Assembly (NCBI GenBank): GCA_038247415.1
Contig: JBBRUX010000024.1
Span: 1 to 61,775 of the forward strand
Origin: Chitinivibrionales bacterium
GTDB lineage: Bacteria > Fibrobacterota > Chitinivibrionia > Chitinivibrionales > WJKA01
Reading direction: 5' to 3'
Length of the DNA: 61,775 nucleotides
Positions 19,015 through 27,752 of this stretch are shown one piece after another. The notes under the pieces are model-generated. The model saw nothing but the letters and a program-made list of their open reading frames with translations, was not told the origin of the DNA and ran no database searches. Numbering within the stretch: the first letter of the stretch is position 1; each line of letters begins with the position of its first letter. Both the position numbers and the translations under genes were made by a program.

Positions 19015-21231
19015 ATGAATAAGAAATATCAGAAACCTGCAGAGCATACGCTTTCCAGTACTATCACTGGGCATATTGAAATAAAACCGCGATTTTTTGA
19101 GACCTACCGTACCGACATTTTCTTGATTATTGGGCTTATATTCGCTGGTGTTTTTGCTGCACACTCGTTTTTGCAAGCGGGCCACCCAGTTATGGGCGAT
19201 GTGTGGCCTCATTTAGCTCGAACGAAAATGTTTTATGAGATGCTTGTAGCAGGGGAGTGGCCTATGTGGAGTTACAAGCTTTATTATGGATATCCCTTTA
19301 TGCAGTTTTATGGACCACTTTATTTCGCCATTTCGGCTTGCGTTACCATTTTTTTTGGAGGCGATTGCCTCTTAGCTACCAAAGTGCTTCTGTTTACTTT
19401 GCATGCAATTTCTGGTGTTGCTGTGTATCTCTTTGTTGCTCGCTTTTCAAAAAACAAATATGCCGGATTTATTGGTGGGCTGGCTTATCTTTTTACTTTT
19501 TGGCATCTTTTTCATGTTTTATACATGGGTCGATACCCTGTTGCGTTGTTGTATGTGCTTATTCCGCTAGCGTTCTGGCTCGAGATACGCTTTTTAGATA
19601 AGCCTGGCATTCGCAGAGCTATTCTATCGGCAACAGCGCTTTCTATGGTTTTGTTAACACATCCCATTTATGGATTATTTACCTTTCTTTTTGCAGCTGT
19701 ACTTGCTCTACCTCACGTAGCAAGACTTTTTAAAACACCAGGATTTTGGAAAATTGCTGTTACGTTTGCTTGTTCCGGTTTTGCAACCAGCGGCTTTTTT
19801 ATCGTACCGTTCTTTTTAGAAGGTTTACATTTTAAGGCTCCACCAGAAGAAACCATGAACCTTGTTGGCGTAAATCTCATGGCATTATTGACATGGTCTA
19901 AATCAATAACTCCTTTAGGTAGTTGGCAGATGGGATCGTATTTGGGGTTATCGGTATGGGGATTGGCACTGCTTGGCGTAGTAAATATTATTAAACGGAA
20001 AGAATGGACAAAAGTAACGATTATAGCAGGCTTATGCATTACTGCATTTCTCATTTTTGGTTTTCAGATTCCATGGTATCGGGATAATTTCTTCAAAATG
20101 GTTGGTGGATTCATACCTAAGCGATTTTTAGTGTTTTTTATCGTGTTTTTAGCATTTTTATCGGGAGAAGGCTTCCTTTTTATTTTGACATATGTTAAAA
20201 AGGCCCGCTATGCAGTGCTCATTGCAGTGGCTTGTATCCTTGCCGATCTTGCTCCAACATCTTTTCAGAAGGTCTTTCCAAATGCCTATGATGTTATTGG
20301 CGGAAGACAAGAGATTTATTCCGCTATCGAGGCGCAACAAGGAACCGATAAGATATGTGCGGACTTAGATAAGCTTGGCAATGAAGACTACCCGTATGGT
20401 CGTGTTATTCGCTATCCCGGTATGCAAATGTTATATACGCGTAACCCTTCGCCCTTTGGATTTTTTGGACAATTTGCCCCTCCGTCAAGTCGATATGTGT
20501 ATCCATGGATGAAGCTTGTATCCGAAGACCTCGCAGCAACCGATTCAACCGGAATTTCTCAACGATCCAGGGATATTCTTTGGCTCTTGGGTCTTAATTA
20601 CTTAATAATGTACCCACCAACCACCACAACGCCGCAAGGGCAGCAGTTGTGGCTCAAACAAGGATTAACCTGGTATCCCTATGGTATCCGCAATCCACGG
20701 GTTCCTGCTATTTCGGCGGTTGTACCTTTTGTTAAGAAAGCGCTCGTTTCAGATACTCTGATGCCCTATTCTACCACTTCGATTCACGCTAACATCGCAA
20801 CGGATTATGAGCTATTTCTTAAAAAAATCACGATAGATACAAGCAGAGCTGCATTAGCCCAAATTCCTACCCGAGGTATTTCTAGTCCTGTTTTTTCTGG
20901 CAGTATTGGCAGCGCGCTAATTGGTAAACCCACACTCACGTTTCATCATACACGGGTCGAGGGCTCTGTTTCTGTCAATAATCCGTGCTTTGTTCGTTTG
21001 CCAGTATCATGTGCACCCAATCAACGGATTACCATAAATAAAAAAGTATCTTCTTATTACGAAACGGGGGATCATTTTATAGCAGTTCGCGCCGAAAAAG
21101 GGTTAAACACCATTACTATTTCTTCGCATGTTTCTAATCTCAGAAAAGCATTTAACGTAGTATCGATAGGGCTTTTGGCACTTCTGGCAGTATTGTGGTG
21201 GAAGTGTCCCGAGAAGAAAGACGTAGATTAA
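19015..21231 (+). CDS. Polytopic GT-C-like membrane protein (PTPS-related/YfhO-like)
   Basis: DVWPH..W...YYGYPFMQFYGPL loop, many TM helices, soluble C-terminal domain with final TM. Confidence 0.7.
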   Translation: MNKKYQKPAEHTLSSTITGHIEIKPRFFETYRTDIFLIIGLIFAGVFAAHSFLQAGHPVMGDVWPHLARTKMFYEMLVAGEWPMWSYKLYYGYPFMQFYGPLYFAISACVTIFFGGDCLLATKVLLFTLHAISGVAVYLFVARFSKNKYAGFIGGLAYLFTFWHLFHVLYMGRYPVALLYVLIPLAFWLEIRFLDKPGIRRAILSATALSMVLLTHPIYGLFTFLFAAVLALPHVARLFKTPGFWKIAVTFACSGFATSGFFIVPFFLEGLHFKAPPEETMNLVGVNLMALLTWSKSITPLGSWQMGSYLGLSVWGLALLGVVNIIKRKEWTKVTIIAGLCITAFLIFGFQIPWYRDNFFKMVGGFIPKRFLVFFIVFLAFLSGEGFLFILTYVKKARYAVLIAVACILADLAPTSFQKVFPNAYDVIGGRQEIYSAIEAQQGTDKICADLDKLGNEDYPYGRVIRYPGMQMLYTRNPSPFGFFGQFAPPSSRYVYPWMKLVSEDLAATDSTGISQRSRDILWLLGLNYLIMYPPTTTTPQGQQLWLKQGLTWYPYGIRNPRVPAISAVVPFVKKALVSDTLMPYSTTSIHANIATDYELFLKKITIDTSRAALAQIPTRGISSPVFSGSIGSALIGKPTLTFHHTRVEGSVSVNNPCFVRLPVSCAPNQRITINKKVSSYYETGDHFIAVRAEKGLNTITISSHVSNLRKAFNVVSIGLLALLAVLWWKCPEKKDVD

Positions 21232-21263
21232 AAGCCTTAGAAGGTTTTTTGAGATGATGGGTA

Positions 21264-21813
21264 TTAAAGCTGTTCAATTTTGACAAGCCACTCGTTGAAA
21301 ATTGGGCACGTATCTCGTAATTTCTGTAAACCGATTTCTCTTGCTATGGTGATGCCTGTTGTTGTCTTCTTAAACCTGTCAGAAAGTGCTTCTAATCGTT
21401 TTGATTCTGCACTTATTGGAGAGTCATTGATATTTTCAGGTTCTCCGCATTCTCTTAGTATGTCTTCGATTTTATCTTTGTGAACTTGCAGCTTATCGGA
21501 AAGTATGTGCGGGTCACTGAAAAGGAAAGCCTCGAATTCATACATTGCACTAAATGGGATGAATCGCCCATTAGGTCGATAGCCGTCGTATAATTGACAT
21601 ACTTCATGCATAGGATCGTCATTTACTTTTTTTGCCTTTTCGGTAGTAGATAAGGCCGTTGCTTAAGATGGCGTTCAATTTTGTAACTTTGCGCCAATTA
21701 TATAAATAATCACTTATCCCACCACCATTACGAATAAATTCTTCCAGATTGTTGTCAATTACAGAGCGCAGATGCCGAAATAAGTTCAGAATGATGTTTC
21801 CCCTTTTTACCAA
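21264..21813 (-). pseudogene. Relic of AAA ATPase + DUF4276 gene pair
   Basis: 21264-21611 resembles a DUF4276 C-terminus (YEFEAFLFSDP, PENIND, SKRL, IGLQKLRDTCPIFNEWL); 21619-21813 resembles the post-Walker-A segment of the partner ATPase. Confidence 0.6.
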
Positions 21814-23736
21814 TCAAGCATTTCTAAAATCAATCATGCTCTGGCGATACACATCGGGTAGCCCGGTATCGTATCTTCTGCCCTTGACAACATACCCATA
21901 AAATCCTTTTTGCTGTCGCAAAATATCCAGGCATGAGGTGAGCTGAAACTCACCTTTTTCACGTACATTATTGGTAATATTGTCTTCGAGGTATTCGAAA
22001 ATTTCTGGCTGAAGCACATATTGGCCAAACACAGAAAAGTAATGGTTGTCTGCAAGCCCGGGCACTCTCAGATTTGTTCGCGCGTAATCGAGGCTTGGTT
22101 TTTCGGCAAATTCCGATAGCGCAAGAATTGAATTTTCTTCTTCCCACGTTCCTGCTACACATCCAAAGGTATGGATAGTTTCTCCTGGAGTGCTTTTGAT
22201 TCCTACAATACTACAGCCCATGCTTTCGTAAGCGTTAACCAATTGGCGAGCACAGGTTGTACCCGAATCCGAAGAGTAAAGGTGATCCCCGAGCATGAGA
22301 AGGAACGGCTGGTTCCCTACAAAGCTTTTTGCGCAATAAACAGCATGGCCAAAGCCATCTTGAGTTTCTTGTATTGCAAAGGTTATTTTGTGGCCTACTT
22401 CCAAAATATAGTCACTGTATTCCTGATTTTCTTTCGAGAGCTTGTTGTAATTCTCGATCATGGGCGCCACACAGAAAAAATCTTCGAAAACAGCCCGTTC
22501 ATGCTTTTGCACAATAATACATATCTCTTCAACCCCGGCGCTCAGGGCTTCTTCAACAATCGCCATGATAACAGGCTTAGCGCGGCCATCTTTATCGATT
22601 ATAGGGAAGAGTTCTTTTTTCATAGCCTTGGAAGCCGGGAATAGGCGTGTTCCAAAACCTGCTGCGGGAATAACGGCTTTTCGAACCGTTCGTGCCGAAT
22701 GGAGCGTGAGCGCCAGCGGTTGCATGTGTAAATCTTGCTCGATAATTTCAATTATCTTTTGTTGACATTCCGCATCTTTTGCTAAAAATTGTGCTGTGCC
22801 ATCTCCCTGGGATCCAACTCCTTTTGCCCCATAGATATATTGCTGCAACGGCTTATAAGACAAAGCCTTATGAAGTACTGGCGAAGTAAGCTGAGAGGGA
22901 CAAGCAGGCATCAGATGCTCATCAAATTCCTTTTGCGCGAGAGTCATGAGTTCGCCAAGTCGTTGTGCATCTCCTTTTTGGAGCGCATCGGCAGCATCAT
23001 GAGTCAAAGAGCGATTGATTGGACCTAAGTACTCCTGAACATTTTTTTGAAGGTCGTTTTCTGCAAAGGGATAACAGTGATTAAGCCTATTGAGAATCTC
23101 TCGCGTATCTTTGCTTGCGCATAAATCAACAATCACATAATGTAAATCTGTTCCGACGGTAATTTCCTTTACGTCAATTTTGTCTCCATCAAATGCCATG
23201 AGGATAGGTCGATCCCCAAAGGCACACCCTTGATCCATCCTGCCACATCGGCTGGGAGTGGTTATTTCACCCATGTAGGCAAGTTCCATTTCCCCACGCG
23301 TGGTCATTTTCAAATCGTACATTCTATTAAAAGCACGAGCAACAAGCACACAAAATGCGGCAGAAGATGATAAACCTTTTTTAACAGGGAGATCTGTTTC
23401 GTAATTGTCTATTTCAAGACCCCGTACCCGATAGTGGGTGAGTATCTGATATGCGACACCTGCTGCATACGAAAAAAATTCACCTTTTTCCGCTTCGCGC
23501 AGGAGTGTATCTCGATCCATGTTTATTTCATAGGGGCCACGCTTTTCGCCATTCGTTAAGGTCGTGCGAATAACAAGCTTGCTCGGATGAGGCTTGATTT
23601 CGGCATAAATGCCCTGATTTGTTCCTGCTATAATAGTATAGCCTTTTTCGAGTTCTCCATTGATGCGTCGGTAATTTCCAGCCCAATCGCTATGTTCACC
23701 AAAGAGGCAGATGCGTCCGGGTACGAATAATTTCAT
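21814..23736 (-). CDS. Bifunctional GHMP sugar kinase / sugar-1-phosphate nucleotidyltransferase (GalU-like)
   Basis: PGRICLFGEHSD, LPVKKGLSSSAA and GAKGVGSQGDG, followed by KAVIPAAGFGTRLFP, GFGHAV, EKP and GEFQLT; ATG 23736 with GGAG. Confidence 0.88.
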   Translation of the reverse strand: MKLFVPGRICLFGEHSDWAGNYRRINGELEKGYTIIAGTNQGIYAEIKPHPSKLVIRTTLTNGEKRGPYEINMDRDTLLREAEKGEFFSYAAGVAYQILTHYRVRGLEIDNYETDLPVKKGLSSSAAFCVLVARAFNRMYDLKMTTRGEMELAYMGEITTPSRCGRMDQGCAFGDRPILMAFDGDKIDVKEITVGTDLHYVIVDLCASKDTREILNRLNHCYPFAENDLQKNVQEYLGPINRSLTHDAADALQKGDAQRLGELMTLAQKEFDEHLMPACPSQLTSPVLHKALSYKPLQQYIYGAKGVGSQGDGTAQFLAKDAECQQKIIEIIEQDLHMQPLALTLHSARTVRKAVIPAAGFGTRLFPASKAMKKELFPIIDKDGRAKPVIMAIVEEALSAGVEEICIIVQKHERAVFEDFFCVAPMIENYNKLSKENQEYSDYILEVGHKITFAIQETQDGFGHAVYCAKSFVGNQPFLLMLGDHLYSSDSGTTCARQLVNAYESMGCSIVGIKSTPGETIHTFGCVAGTWEEENSILALSEFAEKPSLDYARTNLRVPGLADNHYFSVFGQYVLQPEIFEYLEDNITNNVREKGEFQLTSCLDILRQQKGFYGYVVKGRRYDTGLPDVYRQSMIDFRNA

Positions 23737-24086
23737 AGTAGGTGCTCCCAAATGTGGGTAAAATCAAAGTTTTATGAATGAAAAGCAATTTATAAATATA
23801 GTTTGAGGAGAGAAATGGCGTGAGATTGTACAAGTTTTGGCGAAGAAAAGGGAATAGTCCAAAAAGCCACTGTTTACTATCATTTCAGGCAAGGGCGAAG
23901 ACTTGTTAGGGATAAAGGATTAGCTTTGTTGTTCTTGCGGGAATTGATTAATTTACTTTTATGAGAATATAGGGCATGTGGATATCAAGATGATGCAGGG
24001 CGCTTTTATCCAATAATATTTTTTGACTCCCCTTATCTGAAAGCCGAACTAGTATGCCAAAAGTTGAAATCATATTTGCCCACCCA

Positions 24087-24473
24087 ATGGCTCTTACTCC
24101 AATTTTGTTCATTTAATCATAGCAGATTTTGGACGCTTCGGACAAATTGTTAGTCGGCTTCTTAATGCGAATGGCATTCAAACAACTGTTTTAGAGATCG
24201 ATCCTCTGCAAGTGGAAACCCTTCGCAAATTTGATCACAAAGTGTTTTATGGAAATGCTGCACGTCCCGATTTGTTGCATGCAGCAGGAATCGAGCACGC
24301 GTCACTTCTTATTTTGGCAATTGATGATAGGGACGCAGGGCTCAAGCTTGTTGAGGAAGTTAAACGATTATATCCTGCGCTACAATTCTGGCCCGCGCAC
24401 AAGACCGCATACATGTCTATGAGCTTATGAAACGTGATGTCAACAAAATTACTGTCGGGGGGACACGCATAAT
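24087..24473 (+). pseudogene. KefB/KefC potassium-efflux system fragment (TrkA-N domain)
   Basis: MALTPILF, frame break, IIADFGRFGQIVSRLLNANG..VETLRKF..VFYGNAARPDLLHAAG, then frameshift to ARAQDRIHVYELM; CPA2 membrane domain absent. Confidence 0.75.
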
Positions 24474-24529
24474 AAATGGCTATCATTTTTGAAAACCGGC
24501 ATGTGATCAATTAGAACCTAGGGAATTAG

Positions 24530-25597
24530 TTATACTGGGGTTGCCCCGCCTTTAACAAACCTCGACTTATCAATCGCTTTCATATGCGCATCTTCCATGC
24601 GCACTTTCCCTGTTTGCACTAATTGCATAAGACAATCATCCATAGCAATCATGCCTGCTTGCTTTCCGGTTTGCAAAATAGAATTGAGTTTTATTGTCTC
24701 TCCCGAGCGAATTATTGAGGGTAAAGCCGATGTACAGAGCAGAATTTCATGCGCAGCCCAGCGTCGTGTATGATCTGCGCTGCGTAAGAGTTGTTGCGCA
24801 ACCACAGCTTTGAGAGAATTTGCGAGCTGTGAGCGGGCTTGATTTTTCATGTGAGTTGGGAAAATATCAATAATGCGGTCGATTGTTTTTGCGGCTGAAT
24901 TGGTATGGAGCGTTCCAAAAACGAGCTGTCCCATTTCTGCTGCAGTAAGTGCTAGTTCAATAGTTTCTCTATCGCGCATTTCTCCAACCAGAATGATATT
25001 AACATCACTTTTAATTGCGCCAGAAAGCCCAGAAGAGAATGTTTCGGTGTCCAAACCTACTTCACGGTGTACGATAACTGATTTTTTGCTTTTGTGAACA
25101 AATTCAACAGGTTCTTCGATAGTCACAATCTTTTTTGCAAGAGTCGCATTACTATGATCGATAATTGCTGCGAGTGTGGTTGATTTACCGCTTCCTGTTG
25201 GGCCTGTGACTAAAACAAGACCAGACTGATATGCTGCAAACGACGACAATATAGCAGGCGCGCCGATTTGTTCGAGCGTGAGTACGGTTGACGGAATAGT
25301 GCGAAATACTGCACTGTAGCCGTGAACTTGATTGAGAAGATTTGCGCGCAAGCGAGCTTTTGTTCCCATAGAATACGCAAAATCGCAATCGCCGGTTCCA
25401 ATAAACGAGTTCCATCGTTTTTCCCCTGCAATCTCTTGTAAATAGAGCTCCAGATCTTGTCTCGAAAGTACTGGCTCATTGGGCATGATACCAATTTCAC
25501 CATGAATCCGATACCGAGGGGGCTGGCCCTCTGCAAGATGCAGATCCGATGCTCCAGCAGCAAGCAGTGCTTCGAAAAGTCGGTCGATTTTTGCCAT
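24530..25597 (-). CDS. pilT: Type IV pilus retraction ATPase PilT
   Basis: ASDLHL, VTGPTGSGKSTTLAA, TIEEPVEF, VGEMRD, GTLHTNSA. Confidence 0.9.
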   Translation of the reverse strand: MAKIDRLFEALLAAGASDLHLAEGQPPRYRIHGEIGIMPNEPVLSRQDLELYLQEIAGEKRWNSFIGTGDCDFAYSMGTKARLRANLLNQVHGYSAVFRTIPSTVLTLEQIGAPAILSSFAAYQSGLVLVTGPTGSGKSTTLAAIIDHSNATLAKKIVTIEEPVEFVHKSKKSVIVHREVGLDTETFSSGLSGAIKSDVNIILVGEMRDRETIELALTAAEMGQLVFGTLHTNSAAKTIDRIIDIFPTHMKNQARSQLANSLKAVVAQQLLRSADHTRRWAAHEILLCTSALPSIIRSGETIKLNSILQTGKQAGMIAMDDCLMQLVQTGKVRMEDAHMKAIDKSRFVKGGATPV

Positions 25598-25599
25598 GT

Positions 25600-26952
25600 T
25601 TATTCTCTCCCTGGTGCCGGTAGATTTGCTAATCCGTGCTTTTCTGCAACGTGTTGAGAGATTATTCCCTGCGCAACAAGCTTTCTTATAGAGTCGTGTA
25701 GTAAGAGCATTCCGCTTGCTTTTCCGGTTATCATTGCGGTACCAAGCTGATGCATTTCGTCTTTGCGAATCATATTTGACACTGCAGAATTGACAACAAG
25801 AACTTCAAAAGCAGCTGCCATGCCTTTGCCATCGAGGCGGGGGATAAGCTGCTGGGCAATTACTCCGCGCAAAGATTCCGAAACCATGTTTCGCATTGCA
25901 GCTTGCTCTTCTGCGGGAAACGAATCGATAAGTCTATAAATAGTTCGCGATGCACATAGCGTGTTCATGGTTCCTAGTACTAAATGGCCAGTTTCGGCTG
26001 CCGATACAGCAAGGCGCATAGTCGATAAATCTCGCAACTCTCCCACAACTATAACATCGGGATCCTCGCGCAGTGCAGCGCGTAGCGCAGCCTCTTGCGA
26101 CTGGGTATGTACACCCACTTCTCTTTGCGTAATGTGACATTTCGCAGGTGTAAATAAAAATTCGATAGGCGATTCGAGGGTAATTATATGGTCGGTTCGA
26201 TTTTGGTTAATAAGTTCAACAAGTGTTGCGAGTGTTGAAGATTTTCCACTGCTACCAGTTCCCGTTACCAAAACGAGCCCTTGTGCCCACTGAGTAAGAG
26301 AAGTACACGACTCGGGAATGCCAGCTTGCGCAAATGTCCTAATCTGCGATGCGATGCACCGCGCAGCCATATCCCAGCCAGCCCGCTGTTTCATGAGGGT
26401 TATGCGGTATCGATCTTTGTTGGGAGTGGTATGCACAAATTCCAGATCGCCTTTAGATTCGAGCTGATTACATTGATTTTCAGTAAGAATTGCTGCAATG
26501 AGAGACTTTACTCGATCGGAATAAACCGGCTCGGAAGTTAAGTTCGTCAACACTCCAAATCTGCGCGCCATGAGAGGAAGGCCAGGTGACATGTGTATAT
26601 CTGATGCGTTTATAGCCCTTCCGTAGGCAAGCATCTGATTGAGCGTCGAGTTTACGTTTATTTCTGGGTTTACCGTTATTTGAGAATTATTGGTATCGGG
26701 TGCAATCGGTTTGATTTGAGGCTGTGGTTGCGGTGGATTTGCAGCTAAAGTTGTAGGTGGAGTTGGTTGTATAAACCTCTGTATCGCTTTCTCGTAAATC
26801 GATGCAGGAAAGATCCCTTTTTCTACCAGCAGCGCGCCAATATCTTTTCCCGTAGCAATTTGCGGCCACATTTCAAGAATTTGTTCTCGCGAGGCTAGCT
26901 TGTTAGACAAGAGAAAATTTGCTAATTGCTGATTGTCGACTTTTTGGGGCAT
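25600..26952 (-). CDS. PilT/PilU-family ATPase with extra N-terminal domain
   Basis: ASDIHM, VTGTGSSGKSST, LREDPDVIVVGELRD, AAETGHLV; real start taken as ATG 26952 because the upstream frame runs through repeat DNA. Confidence 0.85.
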   Translation of the reverse strand: MPQKVDNQQLANFLLSNKLASREQILEMWPQIATGKDIGALLVEKGIFPASIYEKAIQRFIQPTPPTTLAANPPQPQPQIKPIAPDTNNSQITVNPEINVNSTLNQMLAYGRAINASDIHMSPGLPLMARRFGVLTNLTSEPVYSDRVKSLIAAILTENQCNQLESKGDLEFVHTTPNKDRYRITLMKQRAGWDMAARCIASQIRTFAQAGIPESCTSLTQWAQGLVLVTGTGSSGKSSTLATLVELINQNRTDHIITLESPIEFLFTPAKCHITQREVGVHTQSQEAALRAALREDPDVIVVGELRDLSTMRLAVSAAETGHLVLGTMNTLCASRTIYRLIDSFPAEEQAAMRNMVSESLRGVIAQQLIPRLDGKGMAAAFEVLVVNSAVSNMIRKDEMHQLGTAMITGKASGMLLLHDSIRKLVAQGIISQHVAEKHGLANLPAPGRE

Positions 26953-27053
26953 ATGGAAAGTATATCGTTTAGGGCAGAGAAATTCTAGATGGACAAGATA
27001 AAAAGAATAAAAAAAATAAAAGGAATAAAATATGCATAAATGCATATGGTTTT

Positions 27054-27560
27054 GGGCGTACCGGCTTCCCCGTCGGTCCTCACCCCTTCGGGCGCCCAAA
27101 GGAAGTAGCCTTGGGGTATTTTCCGATGCGGCTTCCTTTACGGGCTCTGGCTTCGCCAGGTGGTCTTTCATGCCATGCGGCACTTCGTGCCCAAGGCATT
27201 CAAGACTGAACGCTTTACTCCGTTTCGCTTTCACCCTCCAGTCCTGGCTAATGCGCTTGACATGAAAGGGGCCTGAACATGATTACAAGGATTATGCGAT
27301 TACCATAATTAATTCGGACAGAAATCAAGATTATCAAGGTAATCATGTGAATCAAGGTTCAGACAATTGACTCCCGCGTCAGGCAGGACTGAAGTGTGAT
27401 GGATGAACAGCGTGAATCCATCAGTCTGCAAAGACCCAGGTGCAAAGCACCGCAGTGCTTGACAGACCGGCTTGCGAAGCAAGAGCACGTAAGAAGGGCC
27501 GGTACCGCAGGTAGGCGCCCAAATTCTGATTCTGTTTAATTCCTAAGTTTGGCGCCCATA
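27054..27560. repeat. Composite palindromic intergenic element, full-length copy 2
   Basis: Left arm 27054-27255 (+) and right arm 27375-27520 (-) are homologous GGGCG...CT(A/G)A(T/C)GCG multi-hairpin units around a CTGAAC...GTTCAG palindrome (27272-27364). Confidence 0.9.
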
Positions 27561-27752
27561 TTTTTTCTTCATCTATTAAAAAGCCGTAGCTCTCAGGAAA
27601 TTATAACAAGGAAAAACTTCTATTGTTATGGTATGGCTATTTAACCTTGCGAAAACTATTTTATTTCGCTTAAATACGGGTGATCACATTCGCCTGCGGG
27701 AAATAAATGTTTCCCGAGCTGTTGTTTCCTAACTCTCGAAAGGACCGATTTC

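Noticed and set aside
26953..27234. 94-aa N-terminal extension of the 544-aa PilT-like ORF
   Set aside because: The frame only runs through the repeat element and an A-rich 9-nt tandem (giving FYSFYFFYSFY); ATG 26952 is the more plausible start.
27272..27364. GATTA-unit repeats as a CRISPR array
   Set aside because: The units are about 9 nt with no unique spacers and form a palindrome; there are no cas genes.
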